NCBI GenBank assembly: GCA_964304625.1
Contig: OZ199840.1
Span: 4,254,490 to 4,318,489 of the forward strand
Source of the DNA: Kudoa neothunni
Lineage: Eukaryota > Animalia > Cnidaria
DNA length: 64,000 bases
Direction of reading: 5' to 3'
A program made the translations under genes and the position numbers. Below, piece after piece: positions 1 to 12,167 of this stretch; within the stretch, counting starts at the first letter, position 1; each line of letters opens with the position of its first letter. The notes below the pieces were generated by a model. That model saw only the letters and a program-made list of their open reading frames with translations, did no database searches and had not been told where the DNA came from.

Positions 1-184
1 ATATTGGAATGACATTGTTGAGCAATCCGATCAAAGTGATCATATTCGGTGCTATCCAATTTGGAATCAACTCAACGCACCAATTCCAAAATTTCCCCAA
101 ATATGGATCCATAAGTGATGTTCCCACGTATTTGTATTGATGATATTTGAGATTCTGTTTTTGTAGTGTGGTGAGTTTTAACAT
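1..184 (-). CDS. Choline/ethanolamine phosphotransferase (CEPT1/CHPT1 family), N-terminal part; runs off the window edge
   Basis: Minus-strand translation from ATG at 184: MLKLTTLQKQNLKYHQYKYVGTSLMDPYLGKFWNWCVELIPNWIAPNMITLIGLLNNVIPI. It matches the family N-terminus (L..H.Y...G.SL.[DE]P....W.W.V...P.WIAPN.IT.IG). Absent from the ORF track because it is truncated. Confidence 0.9.
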   Translation of the reverse strand, partial: MLKLTTLQKQNLKYHQYKYVGTSLMDPYLGKFWNWCVELIPNWIAPNMITLIGLLNNVIPI

Positions 185-1559
185 TCGCCAAGTGTTTGCT
201 TAATAAGGTGATAGGTAGGGGTCAAACCAAAATATAAACCCGTACACATGCGTAATACGCCTTCTCGAAGATTGATTATCGTCCGGTTTCTCAGATAGTT
301 AACACTTTGAAAAATTCACTACAATTTTATGCTAGGATGTTTTAAAAAATTTTTTTACGATTAGAATAGTTTATACAGTCTCGATATCGGAGTGAATCGG
401 CAAATAAATGATATGACTAGTTAATTCATTGTTTTTTGTTTATACTCATGAAATAATTTAAAGTGATTCTGCTGATGATGCGTTTTAAAATTTGTAACGA
501 AAAACACGAAATTTACGATGATATGATGAGTCCTATAGGTGGAATAGAAGCATTTAATGTTTTGTTATACCTGCTACTGAGAATTACATGTCCCCTTATT
601 TGTTCCAGTTATGATTAATTAAATTTGCGATGAATTTTTTTTGAAAGCGAAATTTTGATAAAGTGCATTAATGGAGATAAAAGAAAATATAAAATGTTAA
701 TTGGCATCGACTCCACAGCTTGCTTTCTTTGACAGATTATCGGTGATAGTTGTTAATCCTTAATAATAAACAATTCCTTTTTGAGCCTCAAAAATTCAAA
801 AGTAGTGACTTTTTATGTGACTTTTGTTGGCGGCATACAAAAAATATGGTAGTAAAATTGCCGAGTAAATGATTTTAAAATTATTCGATGTACGGATGAT
901 ATCGGAAAACTGTGATATTCCAAATCTACTATATAATTCTATTAAATGATAATTTGTGGCTTAATTTTAGTGCTACTTTATCGTTTATTTGCATATTTGG
1001 CAGTTATGTGTGTATGTGTGTATGTATAAAATTGTATTGATATGTGAAGTGAAGTATCTAGTTCTTTGGTGGTATATGAGAATGGGGGTTTGTTTTTAAT
1101 AATTTTCTAGTTTAATGTGGAGGTTATTGATGAATTTATAGGGATAATGTATATCGTAATGAATGAAATTTGTTTATTGTTTTGTTTTATTCAAATTTTT
1201 AAGGCGTAAAATATGCAAATTCCTATTCCAAAATAGCTAGTATTGTAGCTAATTTTAAATCTTGATGTTGCTTACAATTACAACCGATAGAAATCCTTAG
1301 TGAACTTTACACGTAAATTAGAGGATTATTCATGTAAGTCATTGCGGGTGTTAAATCTATGAGAGTAAGGGTCTAAAAATGACTGTATTAGAGGGATTAG
1401 AATTTGTTGGAATGAAAGAATGCGTTTATAAGAAATACACGTTGAACGTTACCACTGATTAACTAATGAAAGTAAGAGAAAATAAAAGAATAAAGTGATG
1501 TTTCTAAGATCAAGATTGCATTTGCGTTTATTTTGAGAGATAATTCCCATAAAAATTTG

Positions 1560-1628
1560 CTGATTGCACGAATGGATGGCATTTGGATCGCAACGCGGGG
1601 GGTCACAGGTTCTAGCCCCAGCCTGGTC
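1560..1628 (+). repeat. tRNA-like/SINE-head remnant
   Basis: GC-rich island ...GATCGCAACGCGGGGGGTCACAGGTTCTAGCCCCAGCCTGGTCA with a degenerate B box; resembles the head of the SINE at 36.5 kb (GATCGCA...GGTTGCAAGTTCGA). Confidence 0.4.
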
Positions 1629-3021
1629 AACCCATTATTTCTGTACATCGATTTTCTCTTACTTAATCAAAAAATGGTGAGATTATGATGTTGTTAATTT
1701 ATTAACTTGTTTAGTAATATTATTTTTGTTTATTAACATAGAATAAGAAGAACAGTTTATGTCTATTTATACGTTGGGTAAAAGCGATATTTAGTTTATA
1801 TATGGGTTAATGGATTCACGATTATTAATGGACGTGATGCATGTGCAGTTAGTGTTCATTTTAGTTGAAGAATGAGCTTAGATATTTTTGATTGTATGTG
1901 AGAGGGATATTAGGCAATAAAATCCAACAAACACCGCACAAACAATGCGATCGAAGCATAAAGAGGTAGATTTTGTAAGAGAATTGTTGCTCTTAGACGA
2001 GAAGAACATTTAATTGATTAATTTGTTACACCATCATAGAAACTTAAAGCCAGGGGCTAAAAGCGAATCGTTATGATGTCTACAACCTTCAGTGGGACAG
2101 TCAGTTCAACCAAGAAATCACAGTCTAAATAGGTGGCATCATAAATTTTACGTTGTCATCAAAAAAGACTATTACTTTTAGAATTAAATATTTCTGTATT
2201 AGACTGGTTGAAATCTAAATGGATTTTCCTATTTTGGCAATGTTATAATAAAATTCACATTATTTTTTGTTTCGAATGTGTAAAATGTTATCATTATCGA
2301 TTAGATAAGAACTTTGGTTTTTTTATGTTATTGAACTCTACTAAATCATGAACCATGTTTGTGTAATAAATAGTCGAATTTAACTAAAAAAGGTAATTTA
2401 TAGCTTAGTTTTCTAAATATGCTGAGGATTAATCTAGTTAAAATCGAAAATAAATACAAAAACTCTTCTTCAACAGATTGTAAAGAGCTTGAATTTGTAA
2501 TATTCCTCAAGAATATACCACTTTATTAAATGATAAAAAATGTGATACTTTTGACCTTTTTAATAGCTATAACTTAAAAAATAATCCAGTTGGAAACTTT
2601 TGAGGTTAATTGGGTCCCACATTTATATTCCCTTATTTAGAAAATAAAGTTTAGTTAATTCGTTTTTAAAAATATTAAATTGAATAATTCTGCAAAAAAC
2701 TTTTATTATCACAGTTTATTTCCTTTTTCCTAATATTCTATCGGTAGAATTTTTTAAAAATCTGTACGGTACTTTGAGGTTTTTTAGCTACCGTAAAATA
2801 AAAACATGAGAATCAAAAGTACTCAGGTTCGTTGAAGTTTCGTAGTTTTCGTGTATCTTAGAGGGTAAATAATCAAAAATTAATGGATAAAAATATTTTC
2901 ACACTAATTAGATATTTAATCTTATAGATATGCAAGTTTTATTTGTAATTAAAATTTTATCGTGAGAAAGCGTGTGATATATTAGAAAATGAATACATCC
3001 TCAAACGTTGTGCCGTTATGA

Positions 3022-3090
3022 TTAGGGAATGCATATTTCGATTTAAACCGTCGATTTCTCCAGGTTGGTTCGACGTTTATTTCGTCGGAT
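3022..3090 (+). repeat. Dispersed repeat, copy 1 (probable end of a non-autonomous DNA element)
   Basis: TTAGGGAATGCA...TCGATTTAAACCGTCGATTT...AGGTTGGTTCGACGTTTATTT is clearly homologous to 59482-59560. Confidence 0.7.
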
Positions 3091-3234
3091 TGCTTTGGAT
3101 ATGACCCTTAACCCATTCATACCTGAAAATCAAGCTGTAATAATTAATTTTTTTAAGAGCGGAAAAATATTTTATTTTTAATAATAACATTAAAAATTTT
3201 CGGAAATATTTAAATAGGAACCATATCTAATTAA

Positions 3235-6200
3235 CCGTCAAAGGACCGTGTGGCGGAAACTTCAGTATGTGCCCATGGGGGTCGTTTTTGACCGCATCTT
3301 TATTTTCTTATATTTTTCGCAATTGAATCAAAAAGTTATTATTGTAATTATTACTCATGTTACAATTTTATTATTTGCTTAGAAATTTGCGTTAGAGGGA
3401 ATAAAATTGAAAAAAACGTAATTAATTCTTTGATTAAATATTATAAACATCTGCAATAGAAAGCATGTTATTGTATGTTTAAATACATATTTTATTATAT
3501 TTACATTATTTAAAGTTTCCAGAAGTATAATAACGGCGTTCAATCAAATATAGATAAGAAACACACACAAACGACCATAAATGAAATCAAGCACGCTCTC
3601 AGGAAAAAGTCGTTAATCACAAAATTGAGAGTAAGGTTACGTCTGGGTCGCGGTTGTAAGTATTTGAGTATGGTTACACATTCAAATAAAAGAATTAAAT
3701 ACGAAAAACTTACAATAAGTTTATTTAACAATAAACTACATTAATTTCGAGATTTCCTAAAGAGAGAATAATTTTTTAAAAGATAACATCAATCGGATTC
3801 TAAACTACATGTCTGACAATATAAATTGTTTTTTTTGAATCTGTGAGACGAACGAATAGATCTCTGTATTTATAGCACCGTATATTTGTTTTTCGGTCAA
3901 TATTTCGTGAATAAAATACACATCGTGATCTTTTCCACGGACCAATGCTTTTCGTGAATTAGGCGTTTCGTCAATATCAATACATTTATTAAATAGCTCG
4001 CAACTATATTTTAAATGCGAATGATAGTGACCCTTAAAAGTCTGGCGCAAATATTCACCGATAAGTTACGATGCTCTTTTCCCCCTCGAAGTTGGTACAC
4101 TTACTCCGTAGTTTGGCCTCAAATTATTGAAATAATTATCAAAAGGTATTCCTAAATATAAATTTCTTCTTAAATTAATAATCAAAAAGTAAATAATACA
4201 TTCTGTTAATTATTAACGTCTAAAACACATGTAGCCGATAAATCTTAATTTAATCTTATGACGTCATCGTAATCCCTCGATGGGAAAAAGGAAAACCTAC
4301 AATTTGATCATTTCTTTAAGTTTTAATGCATATTAATTGTAACAATGTGTCGTCGTTTATTTTTATCTTTTAATAATTTTAATATGAAGTTAAAAAATTA
4401 AGCATGGGGACGTATGGAGAACATGTGTTCAATTATTAAAGCATTTTTTCTGGGATAAATTCTTACATTTTTCAAAGGACGTGGCTATTTATATGGATAG
4501 GAATATCTCCTAGAATATGTGAGATATTAAAAATCTGATTTCACAATTATAATAGGCTATATTTTTCATAAAAATTTTGTAAGATATTTTTAATGATTTT
4601 AAATGGAGAATTTGTCCATTAAAACCATACTTTAACCATCTCATATGCGTAAAAATCGTACTTTACTTGAGTTACTAACAGTATTCAAAGGTTATTTACG
4701 TTATTCAGTACAATTAATTCAAATTATATGCCAAATCGTACGTTACTAACTCGAATGAGGCATGCGTACGAGACAAATTTCCACACTTAATTCCGGTGGC
4801 TAAAAATAGTAGAACAAAATGAGGCTATCGAAATACCTCTTATTTTTCCAATGAAACGATCTTTTACCGGTCGGTTGTTAATATCTTTTTAATGTTTTAA
4901 TTATATACTCTTTGGCTTGAAAATATCTTTATCGATTTGTTCAAATACTAGTTTTATTAAACTCATTGAGCGACAAATTTTTTAAATCAATAATAAATCA
5001 AAATTTTATTTGCAACAAATTTAATTCAATTTTTCTTGATAATTTTTACGAGAACCCAATAGCAGCCGCTTTACTCATTTTCCTCCTCCTTATAATTTTT
5101 ATTTTGGATACATCCTCCATAATAATATTAGATCAGTAAAGTGCCAGGCGAGTATACTATTGCTGGAAAGTTCGTTGTTACTTATAGCATCATATGACTG
5201 TAAATATTTGGTAACCATTATATGTTTTCATTAAATTCTGATGGATTTCAGGAAACAGAAGAACGATATAAAGAATTCTTGCAAAGTTGAAAATTTTTCA
5301 ACAATGCTTTCGATATTTCATTTTTTGATTCCAGTCTATCATACGTGCAGTTTTTAAAATAATTTTCAGCATAACTTAGCAAACGATCCATTCACATACG
5401 GTTAGTTTCTATCTTTTATAAAAATAAATATCGAAATTGTAAAATCCGTATCCATCCTTATAACTCATCACATATGGAAGCAACTTGATTGTTGCTAATA
5501 CTACAAACTATTTCATCGAAGCTTTTCACACTTAGAATTTTTTCTCTCAATTTATTCCATACTTTCCTATTTTCTCTTCGCGTTGGAATATTTGACAGAG
5601 ATGAAACCTGCATATCAAAAGGGAGCAGATTCAAACGTCATCTTAAGGCACTTTCTGAGGTATTGACATTTATCTGTTATTATTATTATTCATATTTTTG
5701 TTTTCAGCTAAGGGGAAACATCAACTAATTATTTTAATAACCATTTGATCGAATCTTCGGATTCTTCATACGATACATGCACTTGTTATGATTCAAGCTA
5801 AACGAATCTTGTACAGTCGTTATGAAGAAAGATGCGCTAGAAATAAATATGGATACATCTAGCATATTTTAATTTAAGTGAAACACGAGTTAAATAGGAC
5901 AGTTCTCAGCAAGGGTATTCGCGGAGATTCACATTTTAAATTCACTGCATAGATTCAATGTAACCGAATGATTTGGCGTATAAAATTATTTCACATAACA
6001 ATAAAACCTATGAATTTTAAGATACAGTTTAGATCAAACGAGAATTAACGCTCAATATATGACAATCATTAAAATTGTGAGACCATGGGAGGCATGTAAC
6101 CAATGGTTTGTGTGCGTAACGTCTAATATGACAATAATCAATTTTATTGCAGACAATAGAACTTAATTCACTAACATATAGTGTACAAGCATTTGATAAT

Positions 6201-6540
6201 GTTATTGAATCGAGAAAAGTACGATTTTGGTACATGAGAGATGGTTACAGTATGGGTTTAATGGACAAATTCTCCATTTAAAATTATAAAATAATTTTAT
6301 AGGACAAATATAGCCCATTGTAATTGTGGAATCAGATTTTTAATATCTCACATATTCTAGGAGATATTCCCATCCATGCAAATAACCATTGCCTTTTGCA
6401 AAAGCTTGAATTTACGTAGTATACGCATATACTTACTAAGATTAAGTGAATTTTGGATGGAAACCTATGAGGTTTTCATTTTTAAAAATAAGATTTACCT
6501 AAAATAGTGTCACAAAAGACCCCGCTTGGTCCTGAGAGAG
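3235..6540. mobile_element. Non-autonomous piggyBac-type element C, inserted in a TTAA inside element A
   Basis: TTAA on both sides (3231-3234, 6541-6544). 13-bp termini CCGTCAAAGGACC / CTCTCTCAGGACC (rc), then ~29-bp versus 3-bp spacers and an internal IR GGGGTCGTTTTTGAC / GGGGTCTTTTGTGAC. This is the asymmetric end layout of canonical piggyBac. Confidence 0.75.
4477..6393. mobile_element. Non-autonomous Merlin-type element with ~200-bp TIRs, nested in element C
   Basis: Long inverted repeats ~4477-4680 vs ~6200-6393 (e.g. GGAATATCTCCTAGAATATGTGAGATATTAAAAATCTGATT). Right end reads GGCAATGG (rc), as in the Merlin at 49-51 kb. 9-bp TSD TTTTTCAAA / TTTTGCAAA. Confidence 0.8.
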
Positions 6541-6725
6541 TTAAATGTTGTCATATGGCAACATTCGAAAGCACCTTAACCCCCCTCCAATAATGCACAA
6601 ACGCGACCGATAAGGAAGACTTCTTTGCGCTCTAAATTATGCACATTTGACACATTTAATAACAAAAGATACTTCTAATTTTGTTTGTGGACATTGAAAT
6701 AACAATTTCGGTTGATACTTAAGCA

Positions 6726-8405
6726 CTAATGAACTTTACATGTCATGCACATAGTTCTAGAGTGCATTCCGCACAATTTGCATCTAGCTTTCGTTGCTGC
6801 ACATGAAGGGAAATGGGAAGTTTCGTCGAAACGCACAATAGCACTTACTTTTGATTCTGGCAGAATGTAGATTCTACTGAACATAGGGATCGAGATAGTG
6901 GTGATAACTGAGGTGGACGGCCTCACTCTTTTACTCGCGACACTTGCCACTTGATTCGCTTGCATCAATCGTTCGCTTATCGAAACACTGATATCTAACA
7001 AACACAAGCGTTTCTTTGTTGGATTTCATGTAATGAACATTGAAATTTATACAAGGCCATCCGTTAGGGATACATAGGTTTATCGCCCACTAGGATATTC
7101 TGTTGTACCACTTATTGGAGTTGTGGTCAAGTTCTATACAGAACCATTAACATGTTGAAAAAGTGGACACCGTCCGTATTCTGGTTATACATTTTAATTA
7201 TATCGGGGCAGTCAATTTTTGTAATCTTTTTTGCCTTTCGATCATATCTATCAATAGGGCTCAAGGGGAAAACAGAATGAGCCGTCGATGTCACAGTTAC
7301 AGTCGACTCATCTAACCAACGTACAATGTTTATTTTAAACAACCGTCAAGATGTAAAGCATATTCATAACTTACTCTTTTTTAGCTTCTTGAACGTCTTA
7401 TCATCACTAATTGGTCAATTTTTAAGACGATTCGATCTTATTGTACCAATTGAATGATAGCCCATCTTCAGCCAAATTGAGTTTAATGATAACGCGGAAA
7501 AATAATTATCATGATAAAAATGATGCTTGCTTCCGTTCTTTATGAATCCTGCTAATTTTTATACGATTTCAAAGGAGCGAAAACCGGAGCTTTTACCATC
7601 ATATATAAAATCCCCATCTTCAAAAAAGAAGTCGTGCACTATACCACCAGAGCCATTTCTAGTGAAAACCTTAAAGCCCCATTTTGTAGGTGTCAAAGGC
7701 AAATATCTCTTGAGACCAGACTTACCTTTAAATGGTGTCATCTGCTCATCCACACACTGGTTGTATTCTGGTTCAATTTTTAGGCATTTTTCCCTTATCA
7801 TATATCATATCTAGCAAGGGTCTCACTTTAAAGAAACGGTCGTATTCTTTATTGGTTCTAGAGATCACTAGTTTATTATTATCACAAAAATGTATATATC
7901 GTTGGGTGGACTCAAATCGATCTCGGGACATTTTCTCTGATATTGAACTACAATTAAGTTCACTGCATCAATAGTTTCTTATTCGTGGTAATTTTATTAT
8001 TGATAGACGTATTAGCATCCCAACGTATAATTTTGTTTCTTTGCGTATAAGTTCGAACAATTCATCTGTAAAGAATCTGTTGAAATATAAATGAGGATCC
8101 AAAATTGGTTCCATTTTAAATTCCACCCTTGATAAAAAACTTTCTTCAATTATATTTGATGCGTTTTTTACGTAATTAGGTTTATCACTGTTGTATTCTT
8201 CTTTATCAGAGCTGGCATCTGAAAGCGAATCACATTGTAGGTTGTTGCTTTCATCATCAGGTATAATCTCGGCGTCAGATTTATCAGTATCTGGTAGTAA
8301 TATTAATCCCTCATCAAATTTACCATCAAATTGATCTTCTTCCCTGAATCTGCGTCCATCGCCATGTTCATCCTGAAAAACAGCACGTTCGCCGAATGAT
8401 GCCAT
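6726..8405 (-). pseudogene. piggyBac transposase pseudogene (DDE_Tnp_1_7, PGBD2/3-like) of element A
   Basis: Fragments: YFNRFFTDELFELI.KET.LY; CVDEQMTPFKGKSGLKRYLPLTPTKWGFKVF; RWLDESTVTVTST; YNQNTDGV; C-terminal Cys domain HFP...RCKLC...TMCMTCKVH. Broken by stops and frameshifts. Confidence 0.92.
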
Positions 8406-8769
8406 ACGGCAACAAGCATTAATCTACTACTCCAAACTAGAGTTCTTTAAGATTATGTGATCTATACAAATTTTTGTAAAAAAGATGTACCATTTTATAA
8501 TATAAATTCTTTAAATGCAGTTAAAATAATAATTAGGATATAAATTTAGCGCTATAAAATGACCTTTTTGCTGTTTGAAAATTTTCAACTTATAACGTAT
8601 TTTTAATAACTACATAATTTGAATAATTATCTAATTTTGCGTGTGATAAAAGAATAAATACTGATTTAACTTTTTTGGAATGTTTCAGTTGTAAAATATA
8701 ATACTCACTGAGAAATTATGAAAACACTCCGAGGTTGCCATATGGCGACATTCGGTATGAAAGGGTTAA

Positions 8770-11142
8770 CCCATTCAGTTCCAATTTTGTAATTTTTTTT
8801 AAATTAGATATATTATGAAAAACAACATAAAAACAAAATATCTGAATTTAAAAATTTATTAAATTTTGTAATTAAATGTAAAATTAGGATTTGGTAATGT
8901 TTCGAAAACGAAGCGCAAAACCTTCCGCGTGTGTTTTCTAAATGGAATAAATAGCGCATTATCAGATTTTATGTTAATCAAAAAAATAAACAACATAACT
9001 AATATAATAAAAAAAATCGAATAATAATTCATGTTACTTATGGAATTTTTTGAAGCAAGCAATATACATAAAACAATTGCAGTTTTACAAGGATGAAATG
9101 TGATATTCTTACACATGATGCATCTTTTACAGGTTTTATTGGGATGTGAAATAACGCAAGGCGATCTACAAATTTTCGAGAGTTGTTGTTTTGATATAGT
9201 GGATATATGTCCAATATTTACTCTTTCTTTTGGCTTAATAGGGGCTATGACAACATGTCTTATATGGGCCAATAAGTCATGTGAATTGTTGTTTATTTTA
9301 TTGTAAAACCTCCAAGAATTGACTAAAGCCGTAGATACCATATTTGTAAATAGTGGCTAATACCACTTTTTAGTGTGGATTCTTATGCGATAGCACAAAA
9401 TAGAATTATCAACCAAGTCCACTCCACCCATAGGCTTGTTATCGTTATGAAAGTAGAATGGTTGATAGATACTCCGATTGCATTTCTCTTCTTTACAATA
9501 GCGAGTTATCCTTTGAACTGGGTATGGATTATAGTAGTTACTCATTAAAACCACAGATCTAGTGTCATTCCATTGAGTTTACACAATATTCGACCTGGTA
9601 TGTATGTATGTAGCTTTCAAATTCTCCACGGGGTTGTTTTCGAAACTTCTTAGGAAGTGTCAGTGGACATTTCGATAATCTGTTTTGTCTAACAGTTCCC
9701 GCACCATTAACTCCAACTTTTTGAAGCTCGACAAGTAGATTAAATGAGGCGAAAAAATTGTCGAAAAATACATTTAGTGGATCCATGTCTCTTACATCAT
9801 CTATAAATTTTTCACAACGCTACCAACGAGACCAAGATTTTTATCATAGGAGGCTGATTTTCCAAGATAAAGATCAAAACGGTAGGTGTACCCGCTTGAA
9901 GATGCCATAATCCATTTCTTAAACCCGAAGCGAATGAGTTTGTTTTTTAAAAACATTTTAACTGAATGTTTCCCAATGTATGGAACCATTTGTTCGTTTA
10001 TCGACATGTTTTTCTCAAAAATTCCATACATTTTAAATGTAGAGTTCAATTGATCTATTAATGGATAAATTTTTAAATGCCTTATCTTCAACGTTGATAT
10101 TTGTGTTATCGTTGAAATTTATGTATGTATTTCTTTATTAATTTGAATCTTTTTTAAGTCATTGTTCTCTCTGAATAATTTCAACGCCGGAATTAATTGC
10201 TGATCCCCAATACGTATGCTGTTTTGGGAGTGCATGGTAACCAGTGACAATTAAGATTCCAAGAAAAGATTTAAGCTCATTTATAGTTAAATGAAAATAA
10301 TGGTCATTTTTTACGAGAATAAAAATTGCTCTGTTTTACAATATGTAATAACGATCTATCATCAAAAAAATTTATGAAATAACTCATATGTAGATATAGG
10401 GGAATCGGGTAAACCTCTTGTTCATTTGATGAAATATCTAAATAGTCCAATTTGAAAGGTTGATAAATCCAGCTTGGAAAATTAACATCTTGACTCTCTA
10501 TTTCATTAAAAATTGAAGAAAATTTTTCAACATTCCCACAAACTTCTGGTACATCTTCTAAGTAGGTAACCTTAGACATTATTGGGGGGAAATTACTCTC
10601 TGTGTCTGTTAGTTCATTAATATCAGGAGAAAGAGTAACAATATCAATGAATTCATTATTTTGAATTATCTCATTATCATTTTTTTCATCCAAAAGGTTA
10701 TTATAACACGTTTTCCCCATTTAAATTTGATAATAACCAGAAAGAGTTGTACTAATACGCCATGTGTCAAGTTTAGCGTTTCATCCTCGAAACGTCTAAA
10801 TTTGAACGATTTTATTTACTTTTAATGTTTTAATTTATGTGATTTTTTTTCAAAATAATAAACGTTATTTGTGAATTATATTCATGATTTAATAATGGAA
10901 AAAGAAATGTATTTCAATGTGGTAGCATCAAAATATTACTTTGGCAATGAAAAACACTAAAAGAGCAAAAAACTTGTGATAACTTAAACACGAATTAATT
11001 TATTTCCATTTATTATTCTAAAAAATAATTATCACATATTATATAATATAAGTTCTCTTGAATAAATATAATATTTGTATTATTGAAAGAAATATGACAA
11101 CTTTAATTTTGTTCCGAAAACGAAACGCCAAACCTGAATGGG
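8770..11142 (-). mobile_element. piggyBac element B (decayed), sharing a TTAA with element A
   Basis: TTAA-CCCATTCAG ... CTGAATGGG-TTAA (11143-11146). Subterminal motif CGAAAACGAARCGCMAAACC at ~8903 and ~11115. Confidence 0.9.
9050..10720 (-). pseudogene. piggyBac transposase pseudogene of element B
   Basis: SINEQMVPYIGKHSVKMFLKNKLIRFGFKKW; VFFDNFF; GTVRQNR; MGGVDLVD; RI.TKKWY; ALVNSW; C-terminal CKRCIMC. Multiple disruptions. Confidence 0.92.
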
Positions 11143-12167
11143 TTAAACGGCCAATATATTTAGATTCACTCGGAGCAATAACCCGTTCGGCCGAGAAATT
11201 TCAAACTTGTGATTTCTTTCGTGTGAACTAAGGCGAACGAAACTCTCGAATTTGCCATCCCCGGTTTTAACTACTTTTCTACTTCGTCCAAAGAAATTAA
11301 TCTTTTTAAGTAGTGAGAAACACAAATGTTTAAAAAAATATATTCTTTTGGCTGTAGTAATTGATTTAACTAAGTTCGAGGCTATTGGCACGGTAAAATT
11401 TGATCCTAAATAACATACCCGCATACGCAAAGAGAATTTTGGATCCCATCAACTCTTACTCACAAGCTATATACAGATTAAATTTGTTAGAATATTTTAT
11501 ATTTAATTATTTTTTGTCCCAAAGAATGGAGCGGTGAGTCAAAAATAATTAGATGTTGTCAAAACTAGTACTAGTGACATCTGAATATTTCTTTTCATAA
11601 GATTAATTTTATAACTAAACTGAATTAACTCCAAATTTTTTAAATTATTTTCATGAATACAAAAAAAACAAATGTATGTAATTTTCAGTGGAGAAAAAAT
11701 AAATAAAAATGTGAGGAGAATCGGGTTCTGATCGATAATAATACAAAGCGTTAATAACCTGAGATTTTACGCCCATTATTAGTCTAAAGATCTTTCGTCA
11801 ATGGACCAATAATATTTTTACTAACTTCACCATCCAACGGAAATATTGAAGCCACGCGATAATTAAGTTAAACAACATTTAATAATATATTAATTAGAAG
11901 ATTTAAAAATTTTTTTTATAAAAATTAACATTCAGTTCTAGTATCGAAGACATTTATTAATAGATCAGTCCTGAGATTTTATCTGAATTAAAAAGTTAAA
12001 TTGAAATTTTTCCAAAAAATTAAATTTAAATATTCCAAACACTTTAACTATGCTACATAAAATTACAAACATTCGTTTATTACTTATATACATAATTTAT
12101 TTAGATTAAAATTATTTGCATTGCATAAAAGAATATTTTTTTTATAAAATTATAAGTATTCAATTGA

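Larger units (their letters stand above)
3112..8765 (-). mobile_element. piggyBac element A (decayed), interrupted by nested elements
   Basis: TTAA (3108-3111) then CCCATTCATACC; other end GGTATGAAAGGG then TTAA (8766-8769). Near-palindromic subterminal motif ATGTTGTCATATGGCAACAT at 6545 and GGTTGCCATATGGCGACAT at 8733. Transposase fragments at 6726-8405. Confidence 0.8.

Noticed and set aside
2040-2200. Possible piggyBac transposase scraps (VMMSTTF, RWHHKFY)
   Set aside because: Too short and no ends found.
11143-11430. 95-aa ORF beside piggyBac B
   Set aside because: Non-ATG start, no motif, and the stop is supplied by the TTAA target site.
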